From positions 6,222-70,221 of the forward strand of contig CAZGAV010000006.1 of the NCBI GenBank assembly GCA_964523575.1: 64,000 bases of DNA, in the 5' to 3' direction. A program made the translations under genes and the position numbers. Under the pieces are notes generated by a model that saw nothing but the letters and a program-made list of their open reading frames with translations, was not told the origin of the DNA and ran no database searches. Below, in pieces: positions 25,453 to 35,314 of this stretch (position 1 is its first letter; each line of letters begins with the position of its first letter). Source of the DNA: an uncultured Ignavibacteriales bacterium. GTDB lineage: Bacteria; Zixibacteria; MSB-5A5; GN15; JAAZOE01.

Positions 25453-25724
25453 AGTATCGTCTCAAAATTACCGTTCTTTAAAGGATAAAGCTAAGCAAGC
25501 TATATGCCCTGTATCGGGGCTGTACCACAATTTTCGTGATTGAATCATACTTGATTGAATTATAATGACTTATGGAAACAGGTCACTGCTCAACATTTGC
25601 ACAGTAGGCAACCGTTAGTCAAAAAATTATTGTCGATTTCCAACAATAGGTAGGTTCGCACCCAATTTCACACCTAAATAGGTTCGGATTGGGTCACCGG
25701 CGTTAAATTCTACATAATGAAAAA

Positions 25725-26723
25725 TTATTTCTTTTTCAAGACGGTCACTTCGCCGGCATTGAAAACGCGGCGGCCGTCGGCCGTCTCCAGCACCAGATTG
25801 CCATTGTTGTCGATATCGACGGCTTTACCGGAAACAACATTTCCTGACCTGTCCAGGCTCACCCGATGGCCAATAAGGTTGGAGTATTTCAGAATTTTGC
25901 GGCGGTGGACTCTCAGGCCGGATTTGATGAATCGGCGATAATCTTTTTCGAAATTGACCAGGAATTTTTTCAAAAACTCGACTCGATGAACGTCTTTTTT
26001 CAATTCCGATTTCAATGAGGTCGCGGTCCGGGAAATGATTTCGGGGAAATCGCGGCGGCGATGGTTGACATTGATTCCGATTCCGATGACGACATGATTG
26101 ACATGACCGATTTCGGCCGACAGTTCGGTCAGGATGCCGGCCACTTTGCGGCCGTTTACAAGGCAGTCATTGGGCCATTTGATATGGATAGCCTTGGGTT
26201 TATAGTCGGCAATCGTTTCGGCCAGCGAAATGGCGGTCATAATCGACAACCCCGGCGCGGTCACCGGGTCGATATCAGGATAGAGAATAATTGATAGATA
26301 TATACCGGTGCCCTCCGGCGAATGCCAGGTCCGCCCCAGCCTTCCCCGGCCCCGGGTTTGCGATTCGGCCACGACAATGGCGCCTTCGGGAGCTTTGACC
26401 TCGGCCAGCTGGAAGGCCAGACTGTTGGTGGATTGGACCGATTTGTAGGCATAGACGGTCCGGCCGATCTGGGTGGTTTTCAAACCATTGGTGATCTCCG
26501 CCGCCAGAAGCAAATCGGGCGCAGAGATAAATCGGAATCGACCCTTGGCGTCGGTTTCTATTTTATAGCCGGCCTGCTTGAGAAGATCCAGAGCAAAGAC
26601 GATATCCGATTTGGCGCCGTGAAGTTTTCGGGCCAGTTGATCGAGGCTGAAAAAAGCCGATGGCCGGCGGCGGAGGGCGGACAGAATCCGGTCGGAGAGG
26701 GCGTTGACGGCCAGGTTATTCAT
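25725..26723 (-). CDS. birA: Bifunctional biotin-[acetyl-CoA-carboxylase] ligase / biotin operon repressor
   Basis: Has an N-terminal winged HTH, the biotin-binding loop GRGRLGRTWHSPEG, and a C-terminal SH3-like domain. Its start overlaps the nadC stop by 8 nt. Confidence 0.9.
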   Translation of the reverse strand: MNNLAVNALSDRILSALRRRPSAFFSLDQLARKLHGAKSDIVFALDLLKQAGYKIETDAKGRFRFISAPDLLLAAEITNGLKTTQIGRTVYAYKSVQSTNSLAFQLAEVKAPEGAIVVAESQTRGRGRLGRTWHSPEGTGIYLSIILYPDIDPVTAPGLSIMTAISLAETIADYKPKAIHIKWPNDCLVNGRKVAGILTELSAEIGHVNHVVIGIGINVNHRRRDFPEIISRTATSLKSELKKDVHRVEFLKKFLVNFEKDYRRFIKSGLRVHRRKILKYSNLIGHRVSLDRSGNVVSGKAVDIDNNGNLVLETADGRRVFNAGEVTVLKKK

Positions 26724-27612
26724 CGTCGAGAAGTTTCAGCGAGAAATCGGAGGCGGGCGCCGAATGGGTCAAAGCCCCGCAGGAAATATAATCGACCCCG
26801 GTGGCGGCGATGGCGCCGACCGTATCCAGCCGGACGTTCCCCGACGCCTCCAGTTTGACATCGGCTCCATTGGGATGGGCCCGAGTAAGTTGAACCATTT
26901 CGGCCAGATGTTCCGGCACCCGGTTGTCGAGAAGTATCCTTTTGACCCCATTGTTGAGGGCTTCCTGCAATTGCTCCGAATTTTCGACCTCAACTTCGAT
27001 TTCGAAAGAGGCCGGGCCGGTATGGAAAATTTTCAGGAATTTATCCGAGGCCAGAAAATCGCGCACCCGCTTTACCGTCTCGGTGACCGATCCGGCGGCG
27101 GCGATATGGTTGTCTTTGATCAAGACCATATCATAAAGACCATAACGATGGTTTTCACCGCCCCCGGTGGCGACGGCGTATTTTTCGATATACCTCAACC
27201 CGGGTGTGGTCTTGCGTGTATCGAGAATTTTGATTTTATTCTCGCCAGCCGCTTCGACCATTTTTCGTGTCAGACTGGCGATGCCGGAGAGATGCATCAG
27301 GAAATTGAGGGCCGTCCGTTCAGCAATCAGGATTGAACGAAGACAGCCCGAGACCAGCGCCACACGGTCTCCGGGCGAGAATTTCTCTCCCTCTGGAATT
27401 AGAGTCTGAAATTCGATTTGGGGATCGACGGTGAGAAACGTTAGTTCGCAGAGAGGCAGACCGCAAATAACCCCGGTGGATTTGGCGATCACCTCGCCGA
27501 CGCCGGTCAAATCTTCAGGCGTTGTCGCCAAGCTGGTAATATCACCGGCGCCGACATCCTCCTGAAGAGCCGTCGTCACCAGGTGCATTAGAATCTTTTC
27601 ACGGCTGGGCAT
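26716..27612 (-). CDS. nadC: Nicotinate-nucleotide diphosphorylase (quinolinate phosphoribosyltransferase)
   Basis: Has ALQEDVGAGDITS, LDTRKTTPGLR, GGGENHRYGLYDMVLIKDNH and a C-terminal GVDYISCGALTHS. Confidence 0.9.
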   Translation of the reverse strand: MPSREKILMHLVTTALQEDVGAGDITSLATTPEDLTGVGEVIAKSTGVICGLPLCELTFLTVDPQIEFQTLIPEGEKFSPGDRVALVSGCLRSILIAERTALNFLMHLSGIASLTRKMVEAAGENKIKILDTRKTTPGLRYIEKYAVATGGGENHRYGLYDMVLIKDNHIAAAGSVTETVKRVRDFLASDKFLKIFHTGPASFEIEVEVENSEQLQEALNNGVKRILLDNRVPEHLAEMVQLTRAHPNGADVKLEASGNVRLDTVGAIAATGVDYISCGALTHSAPASDFSLKLLDDE

Positions 27613-27722
27613 ACGCTTTTAATACGTATTATTGAACTACATGTCAATTATAATTGGTCGGGATAAAAAGGAATTGGGATGGCGGTGATTTATCCCTATA
27701 TTGGAAAACCAGTGAGGTAAAC

Positions 27723-28649
27723 ATGACCGAAAAAGAACGCATTACCATATTAGGATATGGATCACAGGGTCGAGCCCTGGCATTGAATCTTCGGGATTCG
27801 GGGTATAAGATTATCGTCGGTCTGCGCCCCGGATCGAAATCAATCCGGCTGGCTACGGCGGAGAAGATAAGGACCGTTCCGATTCGAAAGGCCGTCAGGG
27901 AAGCGGATATCATTATTGCGGCCATCCCCGATCATACCCATAAAAAGGTCCTCAGCGAGGTTTTGTTCAATACCATGACTGGGAATCCGGCGCTGGTTGT
28001 TCTACACGGGTCATCCATTCATTTCGGGCTGGTCAAGCCGCCCAAGGAGATGCCGGTTTTACTTCTGGCGCCCCACGCTCCGGGCCTGGCGGTGCGGGCC
28101 AATTATGTCAATCGGACTCCTTACTCCGCCTTCTTTGCCGTCCATCAGGGGAATAAAAGAGTTGAAAGTAGTCGGCTGATCAAACTCGCTGAGGCCGTAG
28201 GCATACCGCGTTCATATCTGGTTCGAACCGATTTCGCCGCCGAAGCCGTCGGCGACCTATTCGGCGAACAGGCGGTTTTATGCGGCGGCCTGGCCCGGTT
28301 GCTCAAGTTCGGATTCGAAACTCTGGTCGAAGCCGGGTTGCCGCCCCAGAATGCTTATCTCGAAGTTGCTTTCCAGATCGACCTCATCGTGGAATTGATC
28401 AAGAAATATGGGCTGGCCGGGATGTTCGACCGAATATCGCCGGTGGCAAGGTACGGCTCGGCTGTCAACGGCCCCCGGATCGTCACGGAGAAGGTCAAAA
28501 CGGATATGAAAAAAGTCTTGGCTGAAATCGAATCGGGAGATTTTATCCGCAAAGCTGACAAGGCGGGGATGAATATTACAGCGCGTCAGATGGGCAGAAT
28601 TACCAGTCCAGCTTTTGACCATCAGGTAAAGAAATTCAGGCGGGAATAA
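27723..28649 (+). CDS. ilvC: Ketol-acid reductoisomerase (class I)
   Basis: The start at 27723 follows a GAGG RBS. Has the NADP motif ILGYGSQGRALALNLRDSG and the conserved DLFGEQAVLCGG. Confidence 0.85.
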   Translation: MTEKERITILGYGSQGRALALNLRDSGYKIIVGLRPGSKSIRLATAEKIRTVPIRKAVREADIIIAAIPDHTHKKVLSEVLFNTMTGNPALVVLHGSSIHFGLVKPPKEMPVLLLAPHAPGLAVRANYVNRTPYSAFFAVHQGNKRVESSRLIKLAEAVGIPRSYLVRTDFAAEAVGDLFGEQAVLCGGLARLLKFGFETLVEAGLPPQNAYLEVAFQIDLIVELIKKYGLAGMFDRISPVARYGSAVNGPRIVTEKVKTDMKKVLAEIESGDFIRKADKAGMNITARQMGRITSPAFDHQVKKFRRE

Positions 28650-28656
28650 CCTCGGT

Positions 28657-29298
28657 ATGGTCAAGGACATCAGAAAGCGGGCCGCCAAAATCGTGGCTCT
28701 TTTAAAAAAGGAATATCCCGAATCGGGTTGTTCGCTCGGATTCAAAACGGCCCATCAATTGATGGTAGCCACGATTCTGTCGGCGCAAACCACTGATGAA
28801 GCGGTCAACAAGGTTACCCCCGGATTATTCAAAAAATATAAATCAATCGAGGCTTTCGCCGCCGCCGATATGGCCGAACTGGAAAAGGATATCGCCAGCC
28901 TGGGGTTATTTCGCAACAAAGCCAAATCAATAAAAGGCTCCGCCGTCGAAATCCTGCATCGTTTCGGGGGCCGGATTCCGGACAGCCTCGACGAACTGGT
29001 CACCCTGCCCGGGATCGGACGCAAAAGTGGATCGGTGGTGCTGGGAACATGGTTCGGAAAGGCCGAGGGAATCGTGGTCGATACTCATGTCACGCGCCTT
29101 TCACGTCTACTCGGTTTCACTCGACAAAACGACGCCGATAAGATTGAAAAGGATTTGATAAAGATCATCGCCAAAAAAGATTGGATTATATTCACTCATC
29201 TGGTGATTGATCACGGCCGGGCGGTGTGTATCGCCCGCCGTCCCCGGTGTGAAATTTGCGTTTTGAACCAACAATGTCCCTCGGCTTTTAAGGTCTGA
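28657..29298 (+). CDS. nth: Endonuclease III
   Basis: Has HhH-GPD (LPGIGRKSGSVVL), the catalytic VDTHV, and a C-terminal 4Fe-4S loop Cx6CxxCx5C. Confidence 0.9.
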   Translation: MVKDIRKRAAKIVALLKKEYPESGCSLGFKTAHQLMVATILSAQTTDEAVNKVTPGLFKKYKSIEAFAAADMAELEKDIASLGLFRNKAKSIKGSAVEILHRFGGRIPDSLDELVTLPGIGRKSGSVVLGTWFGKAEGIVVDTHVTRLSRLLGFTRQNDADKIEKDLIKIIAKKDWIIFTHLVIDHGRAVCIARRPRCEICVLNQQCPSAFKV

Positions 29299-29394
29299 AT
29301 TCATCCACAAGGGCATCGTTGTTATCAAGAGCTTTTTATTCGGGAAGTGAACCAATGGCCGGGGATTAAGGTTACAGGTAAAAAAGGAAATTTC

Positions 29395-30399
29395 ATGGAA
29401 AGCAGGACTTTGAAAAACGGATTATATTATAACAGCATCACCGAGGCCATCGGCGACACGCCACTGGTCAGATTGCGGGCTCTTACCGCCGAAAAAGGGA
29501 TCAAAGCCACGGTGCTGGTCAAGCTGGAATTTTTGAGCCCGACCGGCTCTATCAAAGACCGGATGGCTACTTTTATCCTTGAGCAGGCGGTTTCGAAAGG
29601 GGAACTGAAACCGGGCGCAACCATCATCGAGGGCACCTCCGGAAATACCGGCGCGGCTGTGGCCATGTTCGCGGCCGCCAACGGTTACAAAGCCGTTTTG
29701 ACTATTCCGGATAAAATGTCGCAGGAGAAAATTGATACCATGAAGGCCTTCGGTGCCGAAGTAATTGTCTGTCCTACCGCCGTTCCGGCCGATTCGCCCG
29801 AAAGCTATTATGAAACGGCCAAGCGGATTCACCGCGAGACGCCGGGATCGTTCTATATCGGCCAGTATTTCAGTCTGGATAATATCGAGGCCCATTATCG
29901 CCTCACCGGCCCGGAAATCTGGAAACAAACCGACGGGGCCATTGATGTGCTGGTGGGCGGTATCGGCACCGGCGGGACGATTTCTGGAGCGGCTCGGTTC
30001 CTCAAGGAACAGAATCCCAAAATCAAGGTCATTGCCGCCGATCCGGTGGGATCGGTCTTTTATCAATATCATAAAGACCAGACTTTGATCGAACCTCATA
30101 CTTATCTGGTTGAGGGAATCGGCGAGGATATGATGTGTCCCAGTATCGACATGTCGGTGATCGATGAAATCTATCAGGTGACCGACCGGGAATCATTTTT
30201 GGCCACGCGTGACCTCACTCGCAAAGAGGGGATTTTTGGCGGCGGTTCCTCCGGTTCGGCCGTCCATGTGGCTCTCAAATATGCCGCCGGACTCGACCCC
30301 GACAAGATGGTGGTTGTCATTCTGCCCGACAGCGGTTTCAAGTATATCAGCAAAGTTTTCAACGATGACTGGATGCGCGAAAAAGGTTTTCTCGATTGA
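29395..30399 (+). CDS. PLP-dependent cysteine synthase / cystathionine beta-synthase-like enzyme (no CBS pair)
   Basis: Has the PLP lysine context PTGSIKDRMA and the loop EGTSGNTGAAVA. I set the start at 29395 (MESRTL...). Confidence 0.85.
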   Translation: MESRTLKNGLYYNSITEAIGDTPLVRLRALTAEKGIKATVLVKLEFLSPTGSIKDRMATFILEQAVSKGELKPGATIIEGTSGNTGAAVAMFAAANGYKAVLTIPDKMSQEKIDTMKAFGAEVIVCPTAVPADSPESYYETAKRIHRETPGSFYIGQYFSLDNIEAHYRLTGPEIWKQTDGAIDVLVGGIGTGGTISGAARFLKEQNPKIKVIAADPVGSVFYQYHKDQTLIEPHTYLVEGIGEDMMCPSIDMSVIDEIYQVTDRESFLATRDLTRKEGIFGGGSSGSAVHVALKYAAGLDPDKMVVVILPDSGFKYISKVFNDDWMREKGFLD

Positions 30400-30408
30400 G
30401 GAGCGGTT

Positions 30409-31563
30409 ATGGACGATAAACTGAAAAGTAAAAAATTTGCGACCCGGGCAATTCATCTGGGGCGTGTGCCCGAAGATGCGACCGGTTCGGTTTCGACCCC
30501 GATTTTTCTCAGCTCGACCTATCGAATGAAATTCCCCGGTGACGATTCCGGTTATGTTTATTCGCGATGGTCCAACCCGACCCGTCTGGCGCTGGAAAAG
30601 ACATTGGCTGACCTTGAAAACGGGTGGCAGGCTTTCTTTTTCGCCTCCGGTTTGGCGGCGGTTACGGCTATCCTGCATCTGCTTCAATCTAGTGATCACG
30701 TCGTGGCTGTCAGCGACCTTTACGGCGGGACGCATCGCCTGTTCGAAAAATTGATGCGCAATTTCGGCATTGATTTTTCCTACGTCGAGGGAATCAACCC
30801 GGCTGATTTTGCCCAAGCCGCCAAAGATAACACCCGCCTTTTCTGGATTGAATCGCCGACCAACCCGCTTCTGAAATTGATCGATATCAAGGCCGTGGCG
30901 GATATCGGGCATAGACGGGGTATTTTAACCGCCGTCGATAATACTTTTGCCACACCCTATATCCAGCGTCCTCTGGAACTGGGGGCCGATATCGTGCATC
31001 ATTCGGCCACCAAATATCTCGGCGGTCATTGCGACGTCGTCGCCGGCGCTGTGGTGGTGCGCGATGAGGAACTGGCCGAGAAAGTCCGGTTCAACCAATA
31101 CGCCGCCGGCGCCACCCTCGGGCCATTCGATTCTTGGCTCGTTTTACGCGGCATCAAGACGCTGGCGCTTCGCATGGAACGACATGCGGCCAATGCCGCC
31201 AAAGTAGCCGATTTTCTGAAATCGGTTGACATGGTGGATGAAGTTCATTTCCCCGGCTTAGATGGTCGAGCATTGCCCAACGGCATGGCCTTGCCCGGAG
31301 GAATGGTTTCGTTTACAGTCAGGGCCGATATCGAGGCCGTCAAAAAATTGGTGATGGCGACAGAGGTTTTCGTTCTTGCGGAATCGCTTGGCGGAGTGGA
31401 ATCGCTAATTAATCATCCGGCTTCGATGACCCATGCGTCGATACCAAAGGAAGTGCGCGAAGCGCATGGCGTCACCGACGGTTTGATTCGTCTATCGGTT
31501 GGGATCGAAGATCCGGGCGACCTAATCGCCGATCTCAAGCAGGCCTTCGGCAAAATTCATTAA
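30409..31563 (+). CDS. Cystathionine gamma-lyase/gamma-synthase family PLP enzyme
   Basis: Carries the Cys/Met-metabolism PLP signature HSATKYLGGHCDVVAG. It lies immediately downstream of the CBS-like gene. Confidence 0.85.
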   Translation: MDDKLKSKKFATRAIHLGRVPEDATGSVSTPIFLSSTYRMKFPGDDSGYVYSRWSNPTRLALEKTLADLENGWQAFFFASGLAAVTAILHLLQSSDHVVAVSDLYGGTHRLFEKLMRNFGIDFSYVEGINPADFAQAAKDNTRLFWIESPTNPLLKLIDIKAVADIGHRRGILTAVDNTFATPYIQRPLELGADIVHHSATKYLGGHCDVVAGAVVVRDEELAEKVRFNQYAAGATLGPFDSWLVLRGIKTLALRMERHAANAAKVADFLKSVDMVDEVHFPGLDGRALPNGMALPGGMVSFTVRADIEAVKKLVMATEVFVLAESLGGVESLINHPASMTHASIPKEVREAHGVTDGLIRLSVGIEDPGDLIADLKQAFGKIH

Positions 31564-31575
31564 TCTTCTGTAGTA

Positions 31576-31607
31576 TAAAAAAAGGAGGCCGGGCAGTTAT
31601 GCCCGGT
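31576..31607 (-). terminator. Intrinsic terminator of the S8/PKD protease gene
   Basis: The stem CCGGGCA (31589-31595) / TGCCCGG (31600-31606) is followed by CUCCUUUUUUU on the minus strand. Confidence 0.65.
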
Positions 31608-31657
31608 CCCCTTCATACGGGTTTGACAGACCCTGAATACAGGTAATTACTACCTGC

Positions 31658-34600
31658 TTATTTCATCAGTACCATTTTCTTGGTGGCGCTGAATTTGTCG
31701 GTCGTCAGACGATACAGGTAGATGCCGCTGGCGGCATGGGAGCCATCCCATTCATACGAATAACGGCCGGCCGACAGATGGCCATCAACCAGGCTCTCGA
31801 CTTTCTGACCGATGATATTGTAAATATCGATCCGAACGTAACTGTCCTGCGGTAAATCGAAGGCGATCACCGTCGACGGGTTGAACGGATTGGGATGATT
31901 CGAGAGGCTGAAATCATCGGGCACAGCCGCCATGTCTCCGCGGACATTCTTGAGCACCGGGCCGCTCTCGCAAGCGCCGGTAACATTATTGGATGCGGGA
32001 TCATAGGTCAATGTGGCGTGTGTAACATCAGTTACCTCAAAGCACCATTCACCCGACGGCTTTTTAAAGCCATCCGCCGTCTGGAAAGCGACCGAACCAT
32101 CGGCGCCGGTAAGGCCGTTATAACTACCGCCGGTCGGTCCGGTCGCGGTGACATAAACCGTCGCCCCCGGAACCGGCTGATTTTTGTTGTCGCGGATATA
32201 GACCGTACAAGCCCCATAATAGTAGGCGCCGACTTTGATCCGGGTAACGGCCATGTCGTAAACGAACATGATGTTGCCCGCTTCGGTGACTGCGATATAG
32301 CCGATTTTGGTCATATTATCGGAGCCATAGGTGTTGGTCACGGTCAGCGAAACCGTATATGTCCCCAGTGAATTATAGACATAAGTCGGATTCTGGACCG
32401 ACGAGGTGCCTGCGCCATCGCCGAAATCCCAATTCCACGATGTCGGATTGCCGGATGACAGATCGGTGAAATTGACCGTCAACGGCGGCTGACCGGTTGT
32501 CGGAGAACCGGCGAATTCGGCAGTCGGCGGCGTGGGGCCGCTCTGGAACAGGAAGTACATCTCATCGATATAGACCGCATCGAGCGACGTCAATCCCCAT
32601 GAACGATTGCTGTCACGCACCCGGACATAGACGGTGCCGGTCAAGCCGGACGGCATGCTCACGGAATAGACCTGCTCGACGGCGCTGGCGACCGTCACCA
32701 GACTGGAATAGACGGTGCCGTCGGTGGAGTATTCAAATATGAAATCATCGCCGTCACCATTGTTGGGACGATAGGCTTCGACATAGAAAGTCATGCCGTT
32801 ACCGCCGCCGCCCAGATCGAACGTCCATTGATGCTCGGCATTACTGGTGACTTTGCGCGGATGGTTGGTGGAGAGCACCTCAACGATGCTTTCATAGACA
32901 TTATCGCTGACATAGGTATCAAGATAACTGCCGGTCACGACACCCAGAGTCGTACTCTCCGCTTGCGCATATGCCCTGGTAACGGTCGGAACGGTAACGG
33001 TGATGTAATCCGTCTTCACGGCGACATCGGAACCGCAGGCGTTGCTTGCGGTCAGAGTCACGGTGTAGATCCCTTCCGAATTGTAGATATAGCTCGGGTT
33101 CTGCTGGGTGGAAGCCCCGACGCCGTCGCCGAAATCCCACAGCCAGCCGGTAGCATTGCTCGACAGGTCGGTGAAGTCAACGGTTAAGGACGCCATACCG
33201 GACGTTGGCGTCCCGGAGAAATCAGCCACCGGCGCCACGCACGGGCTGACCGTGATATAGGCCGGTTTGACGGCCTGGTCGGAGCCGCAGGCATTCGAGG
33301 CCGTCAAGGTCACCGTATAGCTACCAGCGGTAGCATAAGTATAGATCGGGTTGCGTTGGGTCGAGGTTCCGATACCATCGCCGAAATCCCACAGCCAGCC
33401 GGTCGCATCAGCCGATAAATCCGTGAAGTTGACCGTCAGCGGTTCGATACCGGAAGTCGGGCTTCCCGAAAATTCGGCTGTCGGGGCCGGATTTACGGTA
33501 ATATAACCGGTCTTCGTCTGAGCATCGTTGCATCCCTGACTGGTACTGGATATCGTCAGGGTAACGCTATATGTCCCGGGTGAATTATATGTATGGCTCG
33601 GATTTTGAGATATCGAGGAACCGCCATCACCGAATGTCCATGACCAGCCATCAATGCCGCTACCGGTCGAAATATCGGTGAAATTGGCGGTCAGGGGAAC
33701 GCAACCGGAAGTCGGCGTGCCCGAAAAGTCAGCCGCGAGATTGCAACCGCCGCCGGCCGCCAGAAGGCATTTATAAGCATCGACAATCCCGACGCCGACA
33801 TTCTTGGTCATATTGTAGGATTTGGTATTGGCCGGGTCGGTTATAATAGCCATTTTGTCGGCGGCGCTGAGAGCCGGATTATAGGCTTCCAGTAAAGCCG
33901 CCACACCGACGACATGCGGGCAGGCCATGGAAGTACCGTCCATGTAGGCCACATAATCGACGCTGGGGTTGGTCGGATCGGTGATGGTACTGAGGACCCC
34001 GACGCCCGGGGCCGCAATATCGACCCAGGAACCATAGTTCGAGAAGCTGGCCGGATTTCCGTTTTGGTCGGTGGCGCCGACGTCGAGGCAATCGTTGCGG
34101 CTTCCCAGGTAGTCCGGGGTACTGGAATTGCTATTGCCGGCCGCGACCACGATCATGACATCCTGCGCGATGAGATAATCGGCCGCGGCGCCCAATCCGC
34201 CGCTGTTGGAACTGCCGAAAGAGCAGTTGACGGCGGCCACATTCCAACCGTCTATTTTCAACTCGGCCATATAATACATCGCCTCGGCCACATAATCCAT
34301 GATGACCACGCCGGTGGCGCCGTAGATCCAGTAATCAAGGACATAACCGATGCGACAGGGGACAACTTTGACCCCGTTGCCGCCGCCGGCGAAAGTCCCA
34401 TCGCCGAAACCGCCGGCCACGCCCGCCACGGCATAACCGTTGTTGGTGATGGCAGCGATGGTCCCCGCCGTATGCGTCCCATGGCCGTCGCCGTCCATCG
34501 GGTCATTATCGGCGCCGCCGCAATCGTTATCAATGCACGGATAGGAATACCAGTCGGTGCGATCGACAAAATCCCAGCCGATGATATCATCGATATATCC

Positions 34601-35314
34601 GTTGCCGTCGTCGTCGATGCCATTGCCGGGAATTTCGTTGGTATTGACCCAGATATTACCGTTAGTGCTGACGTCGTTCGGCCCCGGCGGGTTGCTTCCG
34701 CCCAGATCACCATGATCGTATTTGGTGCCGATATCCAAGTCGCCGACGATAACACTCTGGTTTCCAGCCTCCTGATCCCAGGCGGTGTTGGCGTTGATGC
34801 CGTATGTATCCCAATAATGCCATTGGTCATGCGGATATTCGGGCGGGGGGTTGTCATAATAGGTATCATTGGGCGTGGCATACAACGTATGAATGCCTAT
34901 TTTTTCTACTTTCTCGACATACGGCAATTTGGCATAGGCCGCGACCGCTTCATCCAGAGTCCCGCTCGAAATTCTCACCTTGTAATAATGAGCCAGAACT
35001 CGGCCTTCCGGGGTGGCGGCTCGCGGACCGCGGTCGGACCCCACAAATTCCGGACGCAAACGGGTGACATTGAATCGACGGGCCAGTGAATTGAACTCGC
35101 CGATATTATTAAGAGCCACGTCGCCGGCCATGTCCCGAGCGTGATCGACCGCAAAATCGCTTTTCAGGACAATTATGAATTCATTGGCTTTGTAGCCCAA
35201 AAATCCCGGTAGTTTGGTGTATTTATCAGGGTTGGTCGGGAGAAAGTTTTCCGCAGCGGCCAGTCCGGCCGAACAGATTATCAGGGCCAGAACAACCGTA
35301 ATGATTTTTTTCAT
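31658..35314 (-). CDS. Secreted S8 subtilisin-like protease with four PKD domains and a T9SS C-terminal sorting domain
   Basis: The catalytic His is in HGTHTAGTIAA and the Ser in GTSMACPHVVGVAALL. Four PKD units carry WDFGDG...NP.Y.Y...G.YTVTLT. A strong AGGAGG RBS and a signal peptide are present. Confidence 0.9.
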   Translation of the reverse strand: MKKIITVVLALIICSAGLAAAENFLPTNPDKYTKLPGFLGYKANEFIIVLKSDFAVDHARDMAGDVALNNIGEFNSLARRFNVTRLRPEFVGSDRGPRAATPEGRVLAHYYKVRISSGTLDEAVAAYAKLPYVEKVEKIGIHTLYATPNDTYYDNPPPEYPHDQWHYWDTYGINANTAWDQEAGNQSVIVGDLDIGTKYDHGDLGGSNPPGPNDVSTNGNIWVNTNEIPGNGIDDDGNGYIDDIIGWDFVDRTDWYSYPCIDNDCGGADNDPMDGDGHGTHTAGTIAAITNNGYAVAGVAGGFGDGTFAGGGNGVKVVPCRIGYVLDYWIYGATGVVIMDYVAEAMYYMAELKIDGWNVAAVNCSFGSSNSGGLGAAADYLIAQDVMIVVAAGNSNSSTPDYLGSRNDCLDVGATDQNGNPASFSNYGSWVDIAAPGVGVLSTITDPTNPSVDYVAYMDGTSMACPHVVGVAALLEAYNPALSAADKMAIITDPANTKSYNMTKNVGVGIVDAYKCLLAAGGGCNLAADFSGTPTSGCVPLTANFTDISTGSGIDGWSWTFGDGGSSISQNPSHTYNSPGTYSVTLTISSTSQGCNDAQTKTGYITVNPAPTAEFSGSPTSGIEPLTVNFTDLSADATGWLWDFGDGIGTSTQRNPIYTYATAGSYTVTLTASNACGSDQAVKPAYITVSPCVAPVADFSGTPTSGMASLTVDFTDLSSNATGWLWDFGDGVGASTQQNPSYIYNSEGIYTVTLTASNACGSDVAVKTDYITVTVPTVTRAYAQAESTTLGVVTGSYLDTYVSDNVYESIVEVLSTNHPRKVTSNAEHQWTFDLGGGGNGMTFYVEAYRPNNGDGDDFIFEYSTDGTVYSSLVTVASAVEQVYSVSMPSGLTGTVYVRVRDSNRSWGLTSLDAVYIDEMYFLFQSGPTPPTAEFAGSPTTGQPPLTVNFTDLSSGNPTSWNWDFGDGAGTSSVQNPTYVYNSLGTYTVSLTVTNTYGSDNMTKIGYIAVTEAGNIMFVYDMAVTRIKVGAYYYGACTVYIRDNKNQPVPGATVYVTATGPTGGSYNGLTGADGSVAFQTADGFKKPSGEWCFEVTDVTHATLTYDPASNNVTGACESGPVLKNVRGDMAAVPDDFSLSNHPNPFNPSTVIAFDLPQDSYVRIDIYNIIGQKVESLVDGHLSAGRYSYEWDGSHAASGIYLYRLTTDKFSATKKMVLMK
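31661..31912 (-). other. T9SS (Por) C-terminal sorting domain
   Basis: The domain reads NHPNPFNPSTVIAFDLPQDSYVRIDIYNIIGQKVESLV...SGIYLYRLTTDKFSATKKMVLMK. Confidence 0.8.
32993..33737 (-). repeat. Three tandem units of about 250 bp encoding PKD domains (a fourth copy lies at about 32285-32521)
   Basis: There is DNA-level similarity between units. For example, GCCGAAATCCCACAGCCAGCCGGT recurs near 33127 and 33379. Confidence 0.7.

Noticed and set aside
33914-35089. A 391-aa plus-strand ORF.
   Set aside because: It lies entirely antisense to the S8 protease catalytic domain and has a G/D/I/A-rich repetitive composition.
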